From the human T2T-CHM13v2.0 reference genome, Homo sapiens, in NCBI RefSeq assembly GCF_009914755.1, contig NC_060928.1: a stretch of 64,000 bases of DNA. One strand, written 5' to 3'. The notes under the pieces are model-generated. The model did no database searches. It was not told the origin of the DNA and saw only the letters and a list, made by a program, of their open reading frames with translations. How positions within the stretch are numbered: the first letter of the stretch is position 1; the number at the start of each line of letters is the position of its first letter. A program made the position numbers and the translations under genes. Shown here piece after piece: positions 12,776-27,778 of this stretch.

Positions 12776-15188
12776 AGCTCTTTTAAAGGTTATAATTTGA
12801 TGTAGACTTTTCCTATGAATAATTATATTAAGAATCAATGTATTCTGTTTATGAAATCAGTAACAATAACAGATAGAATTTATTGAGGATTAATGGGTGT
12901 TAGGTACTATTCAGAGTGCTTTACATGTATTATCTCATTAATTCTCACAAAAATCCAATGAGGTTGTTATTATTTCCATTATAGATGAGGAAGACTGAGG
13001 CAGAGAAATTAAGTCATAAATGTTCCTATAACATAAAAATTTTGGTTCTTATAAGCCTGTCATGTCTGTCGCTCTCTCACATAATTTCTAAAATGTGTTC
13101 TTTTCAGTATCTAGAAATGATACAGCTAACTTGAGGGTTTATGTCAATAAGAGGGTACATATTTTGAAATACATTTATAGTAATCCTGGCAAAGTCAGAC
13201 GAATCAAACTACTCATGCCTTTTAAAAGGACTGTGTAGAACTATTGACACTGATGGTATATCATACGTAAACTTCTAAGCTCCAAAGGTCATATGGAATT
13301 TCCTAGAGTTAGCATCTAATGAAACAAAATGTAAACTTTTGTCATGTGAGGAAACACACATTTCAGTGAGGTAGTTTACTGTGATTGGGGTTTTGAAGTC
13401 TGTAGAGGGACTAATATCCTTCTCTCATCCTAACCTCACTTTATATAAGCATTTTTCCTCTATAATTTTATGAATAGTAAGGACATTTATAAACCAAATA
13501 GTAAGATAAACTATTAAGAAATAGGAAAATCCAATAATGGCACCAGCCATGATTTAAAATCAAAAGTGAACAATGTATATTTTTTACAAATTTTATTTAT
13601 TTGAGAGATATCTAAGAAATAAAGTATTTTCATATTTTAAAGAAATAAGCCACGTCATATTTTTGTTCAATTTTATAGCCAGAACAGAAATATGTGACAA
13701 TTTATTCATTATATTTACTTTAGTCAATAGGAAGAGATACATGTAAAGTTATTCTCAATTCAACAGGTTAATTCTACATATTTGAAGGACATGCCGTGAA
13801 TAATTTGGGATTAAATGAAATTCACAGAACAATGCTAAAAATAGTGCTATCTCTGGGTATTAAACTTGTAATTTTAATTTTCTTTTATACATATTTTTCA
13901 TTTATACATATTTTCTCATACATATTTTCCATTTCTTTTTACAATGAGTATATATCACTTTTAATAATAATTTTAAAAGTTTACTTAAAAAAATCAACTT
14001 GGCAACAGTGTGGAACTCAGAGGGGGCAAAGACGCAGCAAAATGCTTGGCACACAGGAAGTGCTCAATAAATACTTCCTGAGTGAATAGCTGTAATGGCA
14101 GGGAAAGGCTGGCTACAGGAAATCAACAGGAACACCTAAGGAAGGAACAATCTGGGACTGACTATGAGAGTAAGTTCAGTTTCAGACATGTTGAGTTTCA
14201 GATGCCTGGTAGGACTACATATTTGAATAGGGAAATAATTGGATTTTAGGAAGCATCTGTATTTTCCGTTTGCAAAACATTTGGAATGAATGAGATCACA
14301 ATGCTTTTGAAAAATTCTACTTAGATTATTTAAAGCTTCATGCAAAAGATGACCTTCATCAACCTCAAAATCAATTTGAATTTATTTTAGGATAAGAAAA
14401 TACAATTAGAGGAATGCTCATACCAAGAATACTTTAATAAAATATTTTTATCATTAAAAGTATAAAGTTTATTAATATTTATTTTAAAAATATGTCATCA
14501 AGAATATTTTAGGCTATAGTCCAATGTTACAGTACTCTCAACTTCACAAATAGGAAAGACAGAGCTCCTGCAGAAAGGATATAGAAGATGACAAATTAAA
14601 AAGCCCAGGGTTTACTTTGGACTCTGCCTTAAATTAAAAATTTTATCTTGGGAAACTATCTAATTTCAGTCATATAAGACAAAGTAATAGATTTTTTTCT
14701 TTACACCATGATTCTGTAAAAGTAATAGATTTCTAAGAAATACTTCTGCAGGAAGAAATGTTGTACAGTGGCTTTATGGAAATAAAAATTCTACCACTTA
14801 GTTGCTTGGGAGAAAGCAAACATTTTAACTTTATTTTTTCTAAACTGATGGAAGTTTTGAAAACCAGTTTAAATCTACAGTTCACCTAGGAGAGAAATAA
14901 TATTGCCCACAAAAAATACAGATAAAGAAAAAAAAGGAACATCTTTATTTTATCCAGTGGAGGGCTATACAGTATATCCCACTATCCTACTGGAGATAAT
15001 TTTAAAGGAAAGGAGCCTTTACTCAGTTCCTTTAGTTAGTTTTTAAACACTTAGGTTAATAATTTCATATGGAGTCTTTATAACTATGTAGGCAAGTATT
15101 TTAATTTTAATTTACAAATATTTAGGTAGAATTTAGTCTTTAGTTGTGACTTAAATTCTGAATTTTAAATATAATTAAAAATCCTTAC

Positions 15189-15287
15189 TTCTTTCTTGGT
15201 TCTTATGGTAGCATCTTGTACAAACCGAGAAACTGTCTCTTTCATTTTCTCTATGTCTTCTTCTTTTTGCTTCTCCTCAAGTAGAGC
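15189..15287 (-). CDS. SCLT1: SCLT1 exon ~13 (99 nt): ALLEEKQKEEDIEKMKETVSRFVQDATIRTKKE
   Basis: Acceptor ttttctgaag|GCTCTA, donor AAAGAA|gtaagg. Confidence 0.95.
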
Positions 15288-17762
15288 CTTCAGAAAATAA
15301 TCATTTCATGTTATAGATAACATTATTATTAGTAAAGATAATAACAGGTGAAAACCTATCCACTAGTCACTTCCTTATTCAAAACTTCTGGGACATCTCT
15401 ACTTGAATATCATGTTGAAATCACGAATGATATTTATTTTCCCTAACCTCCTCACCTGCCCTTGTCCTAACTAAAGACACTTTCTCTATGGTATTTATTT
15501 CAGCCAGTGTTTCTAACACCCTTCTAATCTCTACAGCCAGAAATCTTAAAACCATTGTTGAATTTTCCATTTTTTCAAGTCCCTATATAAAGTAAATAAT
15601 CAAATCTAGGTATTGTATCCTTATAAGAATCTCTTGAATTTCTCTCTCTTTCCATTATTTAGTATTATTCAAATTATGTCACTCATTAACTCATAATTTG
15701 ATCATTGCAGACACTACTTGTTTTGTCTCTTTGATGTATTTCTATAATTCCAATCATTTCCATCCTCCACCAAATAAATATTGCCATAATCCTAGCTCTG
15801 CTGTCAGTCACAGTCCATTTCCTTGCTTCTCTGAGAAGCAAAACTCTGTAACTTGTTCATCTCCAAGACTTTTCCTCTCAATCTCTTTTATACTCCCTTG
15901 AATCAGGCTTTCACCACCATGATCTCCATATTGATTATCTATAAGTAAATTTTCAGTACTTCTTTACCAGCAGCACTTGAAATATTTACTTTCCTCTCCT
16001 TGTTGTACTTTCTGCATGTGATTTTCAGCACATCACACACAGTACCGGTTTTCCTCCTATCTCACTGATCATTCCTCTTCAGTCTACATTGCTGATTCTT
16101 CCTCATCTCCTGAACCTCTTAATACTGGACTACCCAAGGTTCACTTCTTGTCCCCCTCTCTATCTGTCCTTCTCTTAGTGGTCTAATCAAATCTCACAGT
16201 TTTAAATATCATTTATATGCTGACAATCCCCATATTTACATCTCTAACACAAACCTTTTTCTGGGCTTGGAACTTCTTCAATTAGGCCAAATTGAATCCA
16301 TTTTAAATCAACATGTAAATGGCCCTGTGTTCTGTTCCCACCATCTTCCAAAGGTACCATACACATTTTTACCTCTGTTTTTGTAAAAATTGTTTTTTAA
16401 GATAAAATTCCTCCACCTTAAACAAGTAAGCTAGTGAGAAGTAACAGGTGTTCTTATGTAATAACCTTGAGGGGGAGAAGGGGAACTATGCTAGGCTGTA
16501 CTTCCTGCCTTGTTTGTGTGATCGGCTGGGAGAACCTTTGACTTTGAACAAGCAACTGAAGATGGGAACCCTCTAGCAATTAAGCAATGAGTCAAAGAGC
16601 AGCTTAATATTGTAACCATAGACAGCCTCTGTGAGCGTCTGTTGACTTAAGATTTGAGTGAGAAGATTTGGGAGGAGGACGGGCAATGAGTGTTCCTACT
16701 ATTTTCTCTGTCCACTGTGCTCTACACAAGATGTTTATTTTTAATGGCTTGATATAAGAGTGCTCATACAAGTAGGCTTCAGAGGGTAGAGATAAAAATT
16801 TTTTCTTGACCTTAATTTTTCCAGCTGATTTAGGTATTCGACACAATTCCCAAGCATATTATGTCTATTGTGTTCCTCTTAACCATTCTAAAAGACAGTA
16901 TTCAGATCACAGATGAAAATATTAGTTGAAAGGCATGATAAACACCTTAGCATCCCCACAGTTAGGATTTAGATAATTAATTCTTTTTTTATTTATGAGC
17001 TTCTCAATATCCAACTTACACTATATTCTGTTTTAGAGCTCTCTTGAAAAATCCTCTGTAAAAAGGGAAATAAAAATAAAACAAAGCATTTCCTTTGTAC
17101 CCGTATTCTGCATATACTAGGCATTCGATGAATGTTGGTAAATAAATTAATGATTTAATGAACTCTACATAAGGGAGGCCGCAAAATAAACATTAAAACA
17201 TTTGTTTTGTGACTTCAATAAACTTAAATGTATCATTCATAGGGAAGCAGTATATGACAAGGAACACTGTATTTGACAGCACAGGAATCACAATTGTTAG
17301 AGAATTAAAAAAGAACAGTGACATGAAGCCTTCAGTAAATAAATCTTTAAAGCTAATTAAGCTTCCGCTTTAATAAAGTAATTGAGTATATGATGAAGGG
17401 GAATAGAGACGGGTAAGATTTATCAGATTCAACTGAATAAAATATAGGGTATACTGAAGTAAAGCACTGTTAACAGTTTTTTTTTTTTAAGTATGAGACT
17501 ACAGGGGATGAAGATTAGTTACGCAGCATCTGGGAGAATAAGAAAGTCTGATATTTATACATTATTTTAGAAAAGAATTGATGTTTTATCATATGATGAT
17601 ATCTGGTTTTACCATCCAAGAATATGGATGATTACTAATGAAAAGAGTAGCAATTTCATTTTCATGCATTTATTCAACAGCTATTGAATCCCTTACTGTG
17701 AGGTCACATGGGAGAATAGTCAACATTTTATTATATCTAAACATATTTACTAGCTTTCTTAC

Positions 17763-17940
17763 CTGACTTTTTTGAAGGTTAGCTTCTTCTAAGAGTTGCA
17801 TGCTATTTCTGGCTCTTACAATAGCCTCATATCTCTCATTTTCTAATTCATTGCACTTTGCTTGTAGCTCTCTGGTCTGTTTTTCCAGATGTGTATTTTC
17901 GGTTCTTAATTGGTTGGCTTCTTGGATTGTCACACATAAT
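17763..17940 (-). CDS. SCLT1: SCLT1 exon ~12 (178 nt): (R)LCVTIQEANQLRTENTHLEKQTRELQAKCNELENERYEAIVRARNSMQLLEEANLQKSQ
   Basis: Acceptor tttctag|ATTATG, donor AGTCAG|gtaaga; overlaps ORF 17670..17951. Confidence 0.96.
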
Positions 17941-18801
17941 CTAGAAATCAATAATTACACTGGGAAAGTTAAACTTTTTTAAAGGGAAGGAGGGAGATTT
18001 ACTGAGCATCTACTACAGGACAGGTATTATGCCAGTAACTTTCACATGTATTAATATTTTCTCATTTGATACTCATTACCCTTCTATAAAGTAGGTTTTA
18101 CTATCTCCATACCTTCATTTTAAAGAACAACAAACATACCCAGAGAGGTTAGGCATTTGATTAAGATCATAGCGCTAATGAGCAGTGGGGCTGAGACTAA
18201 GCCTGGATTTTCTGATCCTAATTATGTTATACTTGTTATGGTATCACACTGTATTATATAGTTACATGACAATGATATAAAGCAAACCCTTAAGAAATGA
18301 GTTGTTCTTTACATTTATATGGTCTTTTCTCTTTTCTCCCCTTTCATACTCTCTACCCAGACAAGCTATGTTAACTTACTAATGTATATCTTAAAATAAT
18401 TTTCTCAATATTCATATGATCATATGTACATATATATATATACTCATACACATATACACATAAATATACACACATATTATACATACAGGTAATGACAGGA
18501 GCTTTTTAAACTTTTGTTATAACAATAAAAATCAGAGTATACACCCTTTTCTGTACTTGCTTTTCTCATCCAATAATATAGAAATCTCATCAAGTTAGAA
18601 AGGCTCCTTCCTTTCCTAGTCTAATGAATGTAACCTCATTTCACTGTTAATCTGTATTTCTCTATTAGAAAGTTTAGGCATATTTTCCTCCTTTTGTAAG
18701 CCATATGGATTTTGTTCTTTGAATTTCTTCTAATCTTCTTTGCATATTTTTTTCCGATGGGTTGTTTACTTTGCTCTTCCCTTTATAAGAACTCTAAATT
18801 A

Positions 18802-19111
<310 letters not shown>

Positions 19112-20551
19112 AAGAACTCTAAATTATAAATATTAACCCTTAGTCTGTCCTTTATGCTGCAAATTTTTTTTTTCCAAATCTACTTTTTTGTTGTTGTTGC
19201 CTATTGACTCTATTTAGGGAATCTTCGCCACACTAAAAATTTAATACAGCTAAATTTGACTATTTTTTTTCAACTTTTGCGATTTCAGTTTTTATAAAGA
19301 TGGTCTCCTTCATCCATAGATTGTCAGTGTAATCTCTTAGATTTCCTCCAAATATTTCCATGACTTTAATTTTTACCCCTAAATTTTTAATCCTGACTCA
19401 TTTGAATTTACTCCTGAATATGATGTAAGAGAAGAGTCCAATTTAAGTTCCAGACTAATGGCCAGTTGTATGAATACCATTAGTAACTAATGAATTTAAA
19501 TACTCCTATTATCACCCCCAAAATATGCAAATATCATATATGCAAATATCATAATTTACTAGTAGAGTATGTTGCATTGATCTACTTATTTATTACATGC
19601 TCAACTCATTTTAATTTGATTATTGTGGCTTTATAACATGTTTGGTAAGATATATTTTATAATTTTCTTTGTTATTTGTTATTTTCAGACATTTCTTTTT
19701 TTTTAAATAGTAGAAGCAGCAGCCTTCTCTATTCTCCCCACTAACCACATCAAAACCCTCTTCCTGTCAGTCAAGTGGTTTATTTTCTCATGTGTTTGGT
19801 AATTTTTGATTAAGTTCTTATCTGTCTAAACTTAATCTGTAGGAATCCTGAGGGGTCTGTGTTCAAAAGTATTTCCCCCAAAGGTTTACTGTTGCTTCTT
19901 CCATGCACCAGGACTCCCTACCAATCTGTTGCCACTTTAGTGTTTGGGGCTGAGGTTTCCAAATCAACAAATAGTATAATATTAAACAACAGGCTCATAT
20001 GAGGGCAGAGTTATGGTTACACATTCTCAGAGAAGACTGCAATGATTGTTATGATTTCTATTTTCCATTTGGCTACATGGTGGAAATAGTTTTATTTGTT
20101 GGCTATCGTTGTTAAGAGGCAGGATTTTTTTCTATTTTAGTCTTTTAATGAGAGTGTAGTTCCTTCAGGGGTTCCAGCCTGCCTAAGGACATTTACCTTC
20201 TTGCAATATTATACAGATCCAGCCCTGACTTCCTTGGCAGGGAAGTCATTTATTTATCATTCTTGTTTTAGCTTCCTGTTTTTGTTTTTGTTTGTACACT
20301 TGAGAATACCCAACTATATAAGTTGAGCATTTAAATGTAATTAAACAGTTCATGCTATAAAGTTTTTATGCTATTAGCATTCTAACATGTAAGTTAAAGA
20401 AACAACTTTGAAAACAAATCATGTTGTAATTGATCAAGATGCTTACATTAAGAGGGTTTTTTTCAGAATATTTAGTCTGACATATTATGTGAATGGAATA
20501 GTCTGCACAATCATTATTAATCATTACTTTGTTTTCCTCCATTTCTAACCT

Positions 20552-20988
20552 GTGTTACAGAATTGTTGGTCCACTCAAATATCTGCCTCAAATCTTAAGA
20601 ACAGACGTTAATTGTATATTATGTCTACTGTATCTGGCTTTTGTTCTTCCTTTATACTGATAATATTAGACTTTACCTGAGCCAAGAAAACAGGGATGGC
20701 TAAGAAATCCTCCCACCTTTTTTCTCTAAACCCCCTCTATCATTTTGTGTTTCAGAATAGAGCTAACAGCATAAAACAACCCTGCTCTCGCATATTCCAA
20801 CATAAGACCCACCTCCATCCCTTCTCATGACTCCCCTAAGACTCATACACAACTTGTTTATCCACCTATGTAAAACCTCAGACCCCTTCCTTTTCTTTGA
20901 AACATTCCTCATTAATGAGCATTCTCCCTACTGCAATAGCCTGAATAAAATAATCTTCTGAATTATCTGGTACATTTGGTCTTTCACA
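20552..20988 (+). mobile_element. ERV1-class solo LTR (MER67/MER31-like)
   Basis: 3' end ctccctactgcaatagcctgaataaaa…tctttcaca typical of MER4-group LTRs; 5' boundary uncertain. Confidence 0.5.
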
Positions 20989-22300
20989 GTACTAAAGACT
21001 CACCCAACTAAATCTTGAAGAAAAACAATTGTATCTAAATTCTGTTTTTCAATCACTTTCATATTACTTTTCTCAAGCTCTCATATACATATATCCTATG
21101 GTAACTTAGCTTTTAAAATGTCTTCAGTCTAGGAAGTGAATATTTGCTGAAGAAAGGCGAAAAAAATGATTTGGATTCTGATTAAGTAATGAATGATATA
21201 TAAATCTGGGTGCATTCTTTAGTAAATATGGGTGAAATCTCAAATATCAATTCAGGTGGATAGTGGCAGCCAACCAAGAGTCAATTATATTATTGAATAA
21301 TTTTCTTTCCCTAACAATTTAAGCATATGAGTAATGAAGGTCAGAAGGTAGTGGGGGTGATGATACAAGTAAGTGATGCCTTTCAGTCAGACTTCATTTA
21401 AGTTTTTACTTATTTTTTAAAAACCCTATTTTTAATAGTAGTATCCATTGGTGAATTTTCCCTACTGATGATAATCCTTTGTATTTGTTTAAATAGGTAT
21501 AAATGTTGTTTAAGGACTTTTCTCTTTCATCTACGGAGATAATCAGATATCACCAGATACTGGCCACTCCTAGAATTCCAGAACCTAAAACACTGGCTGG
21601 TACAACAGTAGGTGCTCAACACACATTGAAAACATGATGCTTCACCTGTGAATACGAAAGTCCCTCTTAGGAGGGAGTCTTACAGACTTTTCTTCTAACA
21701 ATGTATGGAAAATCATACCTAGTCATACTGGGGCATATCTCAACTATCTCTTAGACCTTTTTCTACTACTCCTGTTCAATAGGCATAAAAATAGAAGTTT
21801 CAAGTATGCTGCATATGTCTCCTTTATACTGCCCAAAATTACCACAAACAAACATACAAAAATTATTAAAACTTCATTTCACTTCTTTTCTTCTCAAATC
21901 TAATTATTATTGATTCCTTCAAGGACCATACTTGTTTTCCTCTACCTATATTAGTTATTCTAAATATTAGTACACAAAAGGCATTGTTAATGTGGGAGGG
22001 GCAGGCATATATTTATTGTCACTTTTATTATAGTCATTGTGTCAAATGAAAAGATTTTATTAAACAGATAAATTATTCATTTATAGCAAAATAAAATCAT
22101 CAAAGCACTTGGAAAATGTCATCTTTTCAAGATGACTTTTAGCATCTGGTTAAAAATTACTTCTCAGCTTTAGAAAAAGACAAATATATATTCTCCCTAC
22201 CTAAAATAAAGTCCACAATCTAATATGAAGTCATGTGGCTCAACTTGTACAAAGAAAAAAGATTTTTAAAAAAGTACTGCATGGACCATTCTGATATACC

Positions 22301-22506
22301 AGTGTCCTATACTCAACAGTTTGCAACTATGATGGTATTGGCATTTGAAATGTGTAGGGACATTTGGTAGTTACAATGCTAAGAGATGCGACTAGAATTT
22401 AGTATTTGGTGCCAGGGATGCTAAACATCCTGTAGTTATTGGCACAGTCTCAAACAACTAAGAATTGTCTCACTCAAAAAGCCAATACTCCTGTTGAAAA
22501 ACATGA
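22301..22506. mobile_element. MER20-like hAT DNA transposon remnant
   Basis: gggacatttgg…ccagggatgctaaacatcctg…aagaattgtc…ttgaaaaac motif order. Confidence 0.55.
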
Positions 22507-23391
22507 CACCAACTGATGATGGCTATCAGGGCAGAGATAAGTGATGGGTAAAGGTATCCGAAGGGCCATTGCAAATTAGAATTCCCAAGAACACAAGGGA
22601 GAACAGTACTGGGGAGCAGGATGCACTAGCACCTTGCCTTCTGGAGGACCAAAAGAATTGATGATCAAGCTTCAGCTTGCAAGATTTTTCTGACATATTA
22701 CGCCCAAGATGCAAAAAGAATCTACATTTAGCTCTTGAAGCTAATCCTTTTTGTAGGATTTATGGTTCATGATTCCTAAAAAATAGTTTTTAAAAATAAC
22801 ATTCCTCTCCTTTCTTTGCCTTCCATTTTGATGGTTTATTTCTACTGTAACTGTATTATTTGCAGAAGTACAGAATTATAGAGGGGTTGAGGTAATATCA
22901 AATTTCCTCTTAACTATGATTTTAAAATTTTAACCACTCTTTAGAAGAAAGAAAGATTTTAGGTTACTGAGGGTCAACTATGTTCACACCAAACTCTGCA
23001 GGATGACCTGAGGAGAAATGAAAATAAAGGTGTGCTTTGTGCTCTGCAGTACTGATACAAAAGCATGATATCAAGGGTTTTATTTGTTTCCTAAAAAGTA
23101 CTGGACTAAATTTGGTACAATTATTCTCATTCAAAATTAAATTAATGTACTTAGTAAAGGTTCTAAAATCATATTAAACAAATTATCTTTGAATATATAT
23201 TCAAAGTATAGCAATCTGTTGAATATAGTTTTTAATAAACAATGTCGATTAAATCAGATTTTACACCTATGATTATAGTTTTGATTTGGAGTTTATAAAA
23301 TATTTATTCTAGTAAATATCACACACTGAAACTCTATTGTAAAATATCTTTTAAAGCATATCAACAAAGCTAGGTGCATTTAACAATTTAC

Positions 23392-23483
23392 CTTATTTCT
23401 AATTGTTTTATACTAGACTGTAACTGCTGTAAACGCCTATCTGATGCTTCCTCTCTTCCATGGGCAGACACCACATCCTTCTC
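23392..23483 (-). CDS. SCLT1: SCLT1 exon ~11 (92 nt): EKDVVSAHGREEASDRRLQQLQSSIKQLEI(R)
   Basis: Acceptor ttttctag|GAGAAG, donor ATAAG|gtaaat. Confidence 0.95.
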
Positions 23484-23993
23484 CTAGAAAATAAAGAAAC
23501 TAGAAGCTTACTTTGAGTATGTGAAAATTCAATACACCATTATACAGCATAAAGAAAACAGCTCATGCTATAAAGTTATTATGCTATTAGCATTCTAACA
23601 CTTACGTTAAAAGAAACAATATGACTTTGGAAACAAATCATGTGTATAATAAAAAGGAGGGGAGAACTTCATCATCAATCCTGTGTTAATAAAAAATACT
23701 CCAAACAGTTATTGCACATAGATTTCTACCAATATTTCAAACTATTTCTATAGTACAAGTCTAACAAAACGAGAGGGATTTCTATGCAGATAATGTGCCT
23801 TTAGAATATGCTCTCTTAACTATATTATTCTATGTCTCATTAACTATCAAGGTAATCACAGGGTCTTTCTTCTTTGACATAGTGATGATTTGACCTATAT
23901 TAATAAATTTTATTTGTATCAACTTTCTAAGGAAATTTCTTGTTCATCTTTTCTTGCTTCATGTGTTAACAAATATTTTTTATGATGCCATAA

Positions 23994-24293
<300 letters not shown>

Positions 24294-24295
24294 AA

Positions 24296-24428
24296 ATTTT
24301 TTTTTTTTTTTTTTTTAGAGTCTTGTTATGTTACCTAGGCTGCACTCAAACTCCTTGGATCAAGTGATCCTCCTGTCTCAGCCTCTCGAGTAGCTGGGAC
24401 TATAGATGCACACCACCATGCCCAGCCT
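24296..24428 (-). mobile_element. FLAM/AluJ monomer (reverse)
   Basis: Single monomer: tcttgttatgttacctaggctg…ctcaaactcc…caccatgcccagc. Confidence 0.75.
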
Positions 24429-24439
24429 AAGAATGTCAT

Positions 24440-27400
24440 TTTAATTCCTCTATTGCTTTTAGCTATATCTGTTTGAACTATTTTTTAGTGGTTGCTGTAG
24501 AGATTACAATATGCATCTTGAACTTACCCAATTTATTCAGAGTTAATATTTAGATAATAGTTCAGAGAAAACACTGAAACCTTGCAACAGCGTATATCCA
24601 TGTACGATCCCAGTCCTGAGTGCCATTGTTGTCATATATTACATCTGCACACTTTACAAACCCATCAAATACGGTGTTATTAGTTCTGCTATAAGCAGCC
24701 ATCTTTTAAAGATATTAAGAGAAAAGTATGTACACATGTTATTTCATATTTGCCATTTCTGTTGCTTTTAGTTTCTTCTTGTATCTGAGTTGTCATTTGG
24801 TGTCATTTCCATTTAGCCTAAAGAACTTCCTTCAGAATTTTTTGAATGCAGGTCTGCTGGGGACAAACTCTCTCATTTTTGGTTTATTTGAAAATGCCTG
24901 TATTTTGCCTTCATTTTTGAAGTATAACTTCACTGAATATAGAATTCTTAGTATTTTTTTTCTTCAGCATTTGAAATATATTATTCTAATACTTTGTTTC
25001 CACAGGTTTTTTTTTTTCCTCCCTTCCAGCCTTTATTTTTGATTCAGGGGGTACATGGGCAGGTTTGCTACATGGGTAAATTGTGTATCGGGGGTTTGGT
25101 ATACCGATTATTTTGCCACCTAGGTAATGAGCATAGTACCTGATAGGTAGTTTTTCAATACTCACCCTCCTCCCATCCCCTACCCTCCAGTAGGGCCAGT
25201 GTATATCGTTCCCTTTAGCGTCCATTTGTACTCAATGATTAGCTCCCACTTGTAAGTGAGGACATGCGGTATTTGGTTTTCCGTTCCTGAGTTAATTTGC
25301 TTAGGATAATGGCCTCCAACTGCATCCATATTGCTGCAAAGGACATGATTTCATTCTTTTTATGGCTGTGTAGTATTCCATGGTGTACACGTACCACATT
25401 TTCTTTATCCAGTCTGCTGCTGATGGGCATCTAGGTTGATCCTATCTCCTTGTTATTGTGAATAGTGCTGTGATGAACATACATGGACATGTGTCTTGAT
25501 AGTAGAATGATTTATACTACTTCGTTATATACCCAGTAATGGGATTGCTCAGTTGAATGGCACTTCTGTTTTGAGTTCTTTGAGAAATCTCCAAACCTCT
25601 TTCCACAGTGGCTGAACTAGTTTCCATTCCCACCAGCAGTGGATAAACATTCCCTTTTCTCAGCAATATTGCCGGCATCTGTAATTTTTTGACTTTGTAA
25701 TGATAGCCATTCTGACAGGTGTGAGATGGTATCTCATTGCGATTTTGATTTGCATTTTTCTAACTCATAGTGTTGAGCATTTTTTCATTTGCTTGTTGGC
25801 CACATGTATATCTTCTTTTGAAAAGTGTCTGTTTATGTCCGCTGCCTACTTTTTAATGTTTTTTTTTCTCTTGTAAATTTGTTTAAGTTCTTTATTGATG
25901 CTGGATATTACACCTTTGTCAGATGCACAGTTTGCAAATATTTTTTCCCATTCTGTAGGTCGTCTGTTTACTCTGTTGATAGTTTCCTTTGGTATGCAGA
26001 AGCTCTTTAGTTTAATTAGGTCCCACTTGTCAATTTTTGCTTTTTGTTGGAATTGCTTTTGGAGTCTTTGACATAAAATCTTTGCCAGGGCCTATGTCCA
26101 GAAGTGTTTCCACAGTTTCTTGATGAGAACTTAGCCATTAATCTTATCATTGCCTCTCTGTTCAGGTCATTTTTCTATTGCTACTTTCAGGTATTCTCTT
26201 CATAATTGGCTGTCAGTATCATTGTGATGTATCTCAAAGTGATTTTGTTTACTCATTGAGATTCTTAAATTTTAATGTTTTCCACCAAATTTAGGAAGTT
26301 TTCAGCCATTATTTCTTTAATTTTTTTCTGCTCCCATCCCCCTCCCTTTGGCAGTTCCAATTACACTTATGTTGCATTGCTTCACATTGTTCTACAGATT
26401 TCTGAGCTCTTGTTCATTTTTCTTCAATCTTTTAAACTCTCTGTTCTTTGGACAGGGAAATTTCTATTGATCTGACTTCAAGTTCATTGATTATTTCTTC
26501 TGTCTTTCCCAATCTATTTTTGAGTCCATCTAGTGAAATTTTTATTTCAGTTGCTGAACTTTAAAGCTCTAGAGTTTCTTTTTTAAAAATTGTGTTCCAG
26601 TTCTCAATTAAAATTATCTATCTCTTCCTAGAGACTTTAATTTAAAAACAGATTTTAATTCCTTGAACATATATATAATAGCTGACTTGAAGTCTCTGTC
26701 TGCTAAATCTAACAGATCGATCCATTTAAAGTCAGTTTCTAATGGCTTCCTCCCTCAGCACCTCCCCCACAAGTATAGGTCATACTTTTCTGTCTAGTAA
26801 TTTTTGAAAACTCAATAGTGTAGATAATACATTGCAGTTACTCTGTTTCGTTCTTTTGAGCATTAAATTTTTATTTTTATTTTTTTAGTTCAAGTAGACA
26901 ATTATCTTGCTTGGTCTTGAAATTTGAAATCTGTTCCACATACAGTAGGTAGCAGCTGATATCTGTAATTAGTTCTTACTGCTTTCCACTGTTGCTTTTA
27001 TAACTAGGCTCTGTGCCTACATAATTTGAAGATCAGTCAAGATTTGGGCAGAGTTAGGGCTCATCATCTTTGTGGTTCCCTCGCTTCTACAGATTCCCCT
27101 GTAATATCCAGCTGCCTTTCCAGCTTTGGGCTTTGTCCTCTGATACTTCAAACAATAAGGAAGTCTTCAGTATGCTGATGCTTCAATTGCACACATTTCT
27201 CGCATGTATTCAATTATAAAAAGTAGCAAACTCAAATATCTAGTTCCATACATCTCTATCTTTCAAAAGTAAATTTCTCTTAGGTCTCTGCCTGCTTCTT
27301 CACTGGCCTCTCTGGGGTCCCTCCCCCACTTCCATATGCATAATTTAGTTGTCAGGCATGAATTTGGTAAGAATTTACACTCAGAATTTGGCTCTCACTT

Positions 27401-27450
27401 TTTCTGTGTGTTTCTCTTGCTGCCAGTATTTCTTCTTTAAATTTCCTATT
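24440..27450 (-). mobile_element. Old L1M-type fragments (reverse), interrupted by a younger L1
   Basis: T-rich reverse L1 ORF1/5' character (aaatttaggaagttttcagccattatttctt, ctgctggggacaaactctctcattt); boundaries approximate. Confidence 0.55.
25006..26104 (-). mobile_element. 5'-truncated L1PA15/16-like element with TSD
   Basis: Reverse L1 3'UTR and ORF2 end (ORF 25239..25430); TSD tgtttccacag at 24995-25005 and 26105-26115. Confidence 0.88.
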
Positions 27451-27453
27451 GCT

Positions 27454-27778
<325 letters not shown>

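Noticed and set aside
23481-23486. TAGGAG tandem acceptor at exon 11 (also exon 15)
   Set aside because: A distal GAG acceptor is rarely used and nothing in the sequence supports usage
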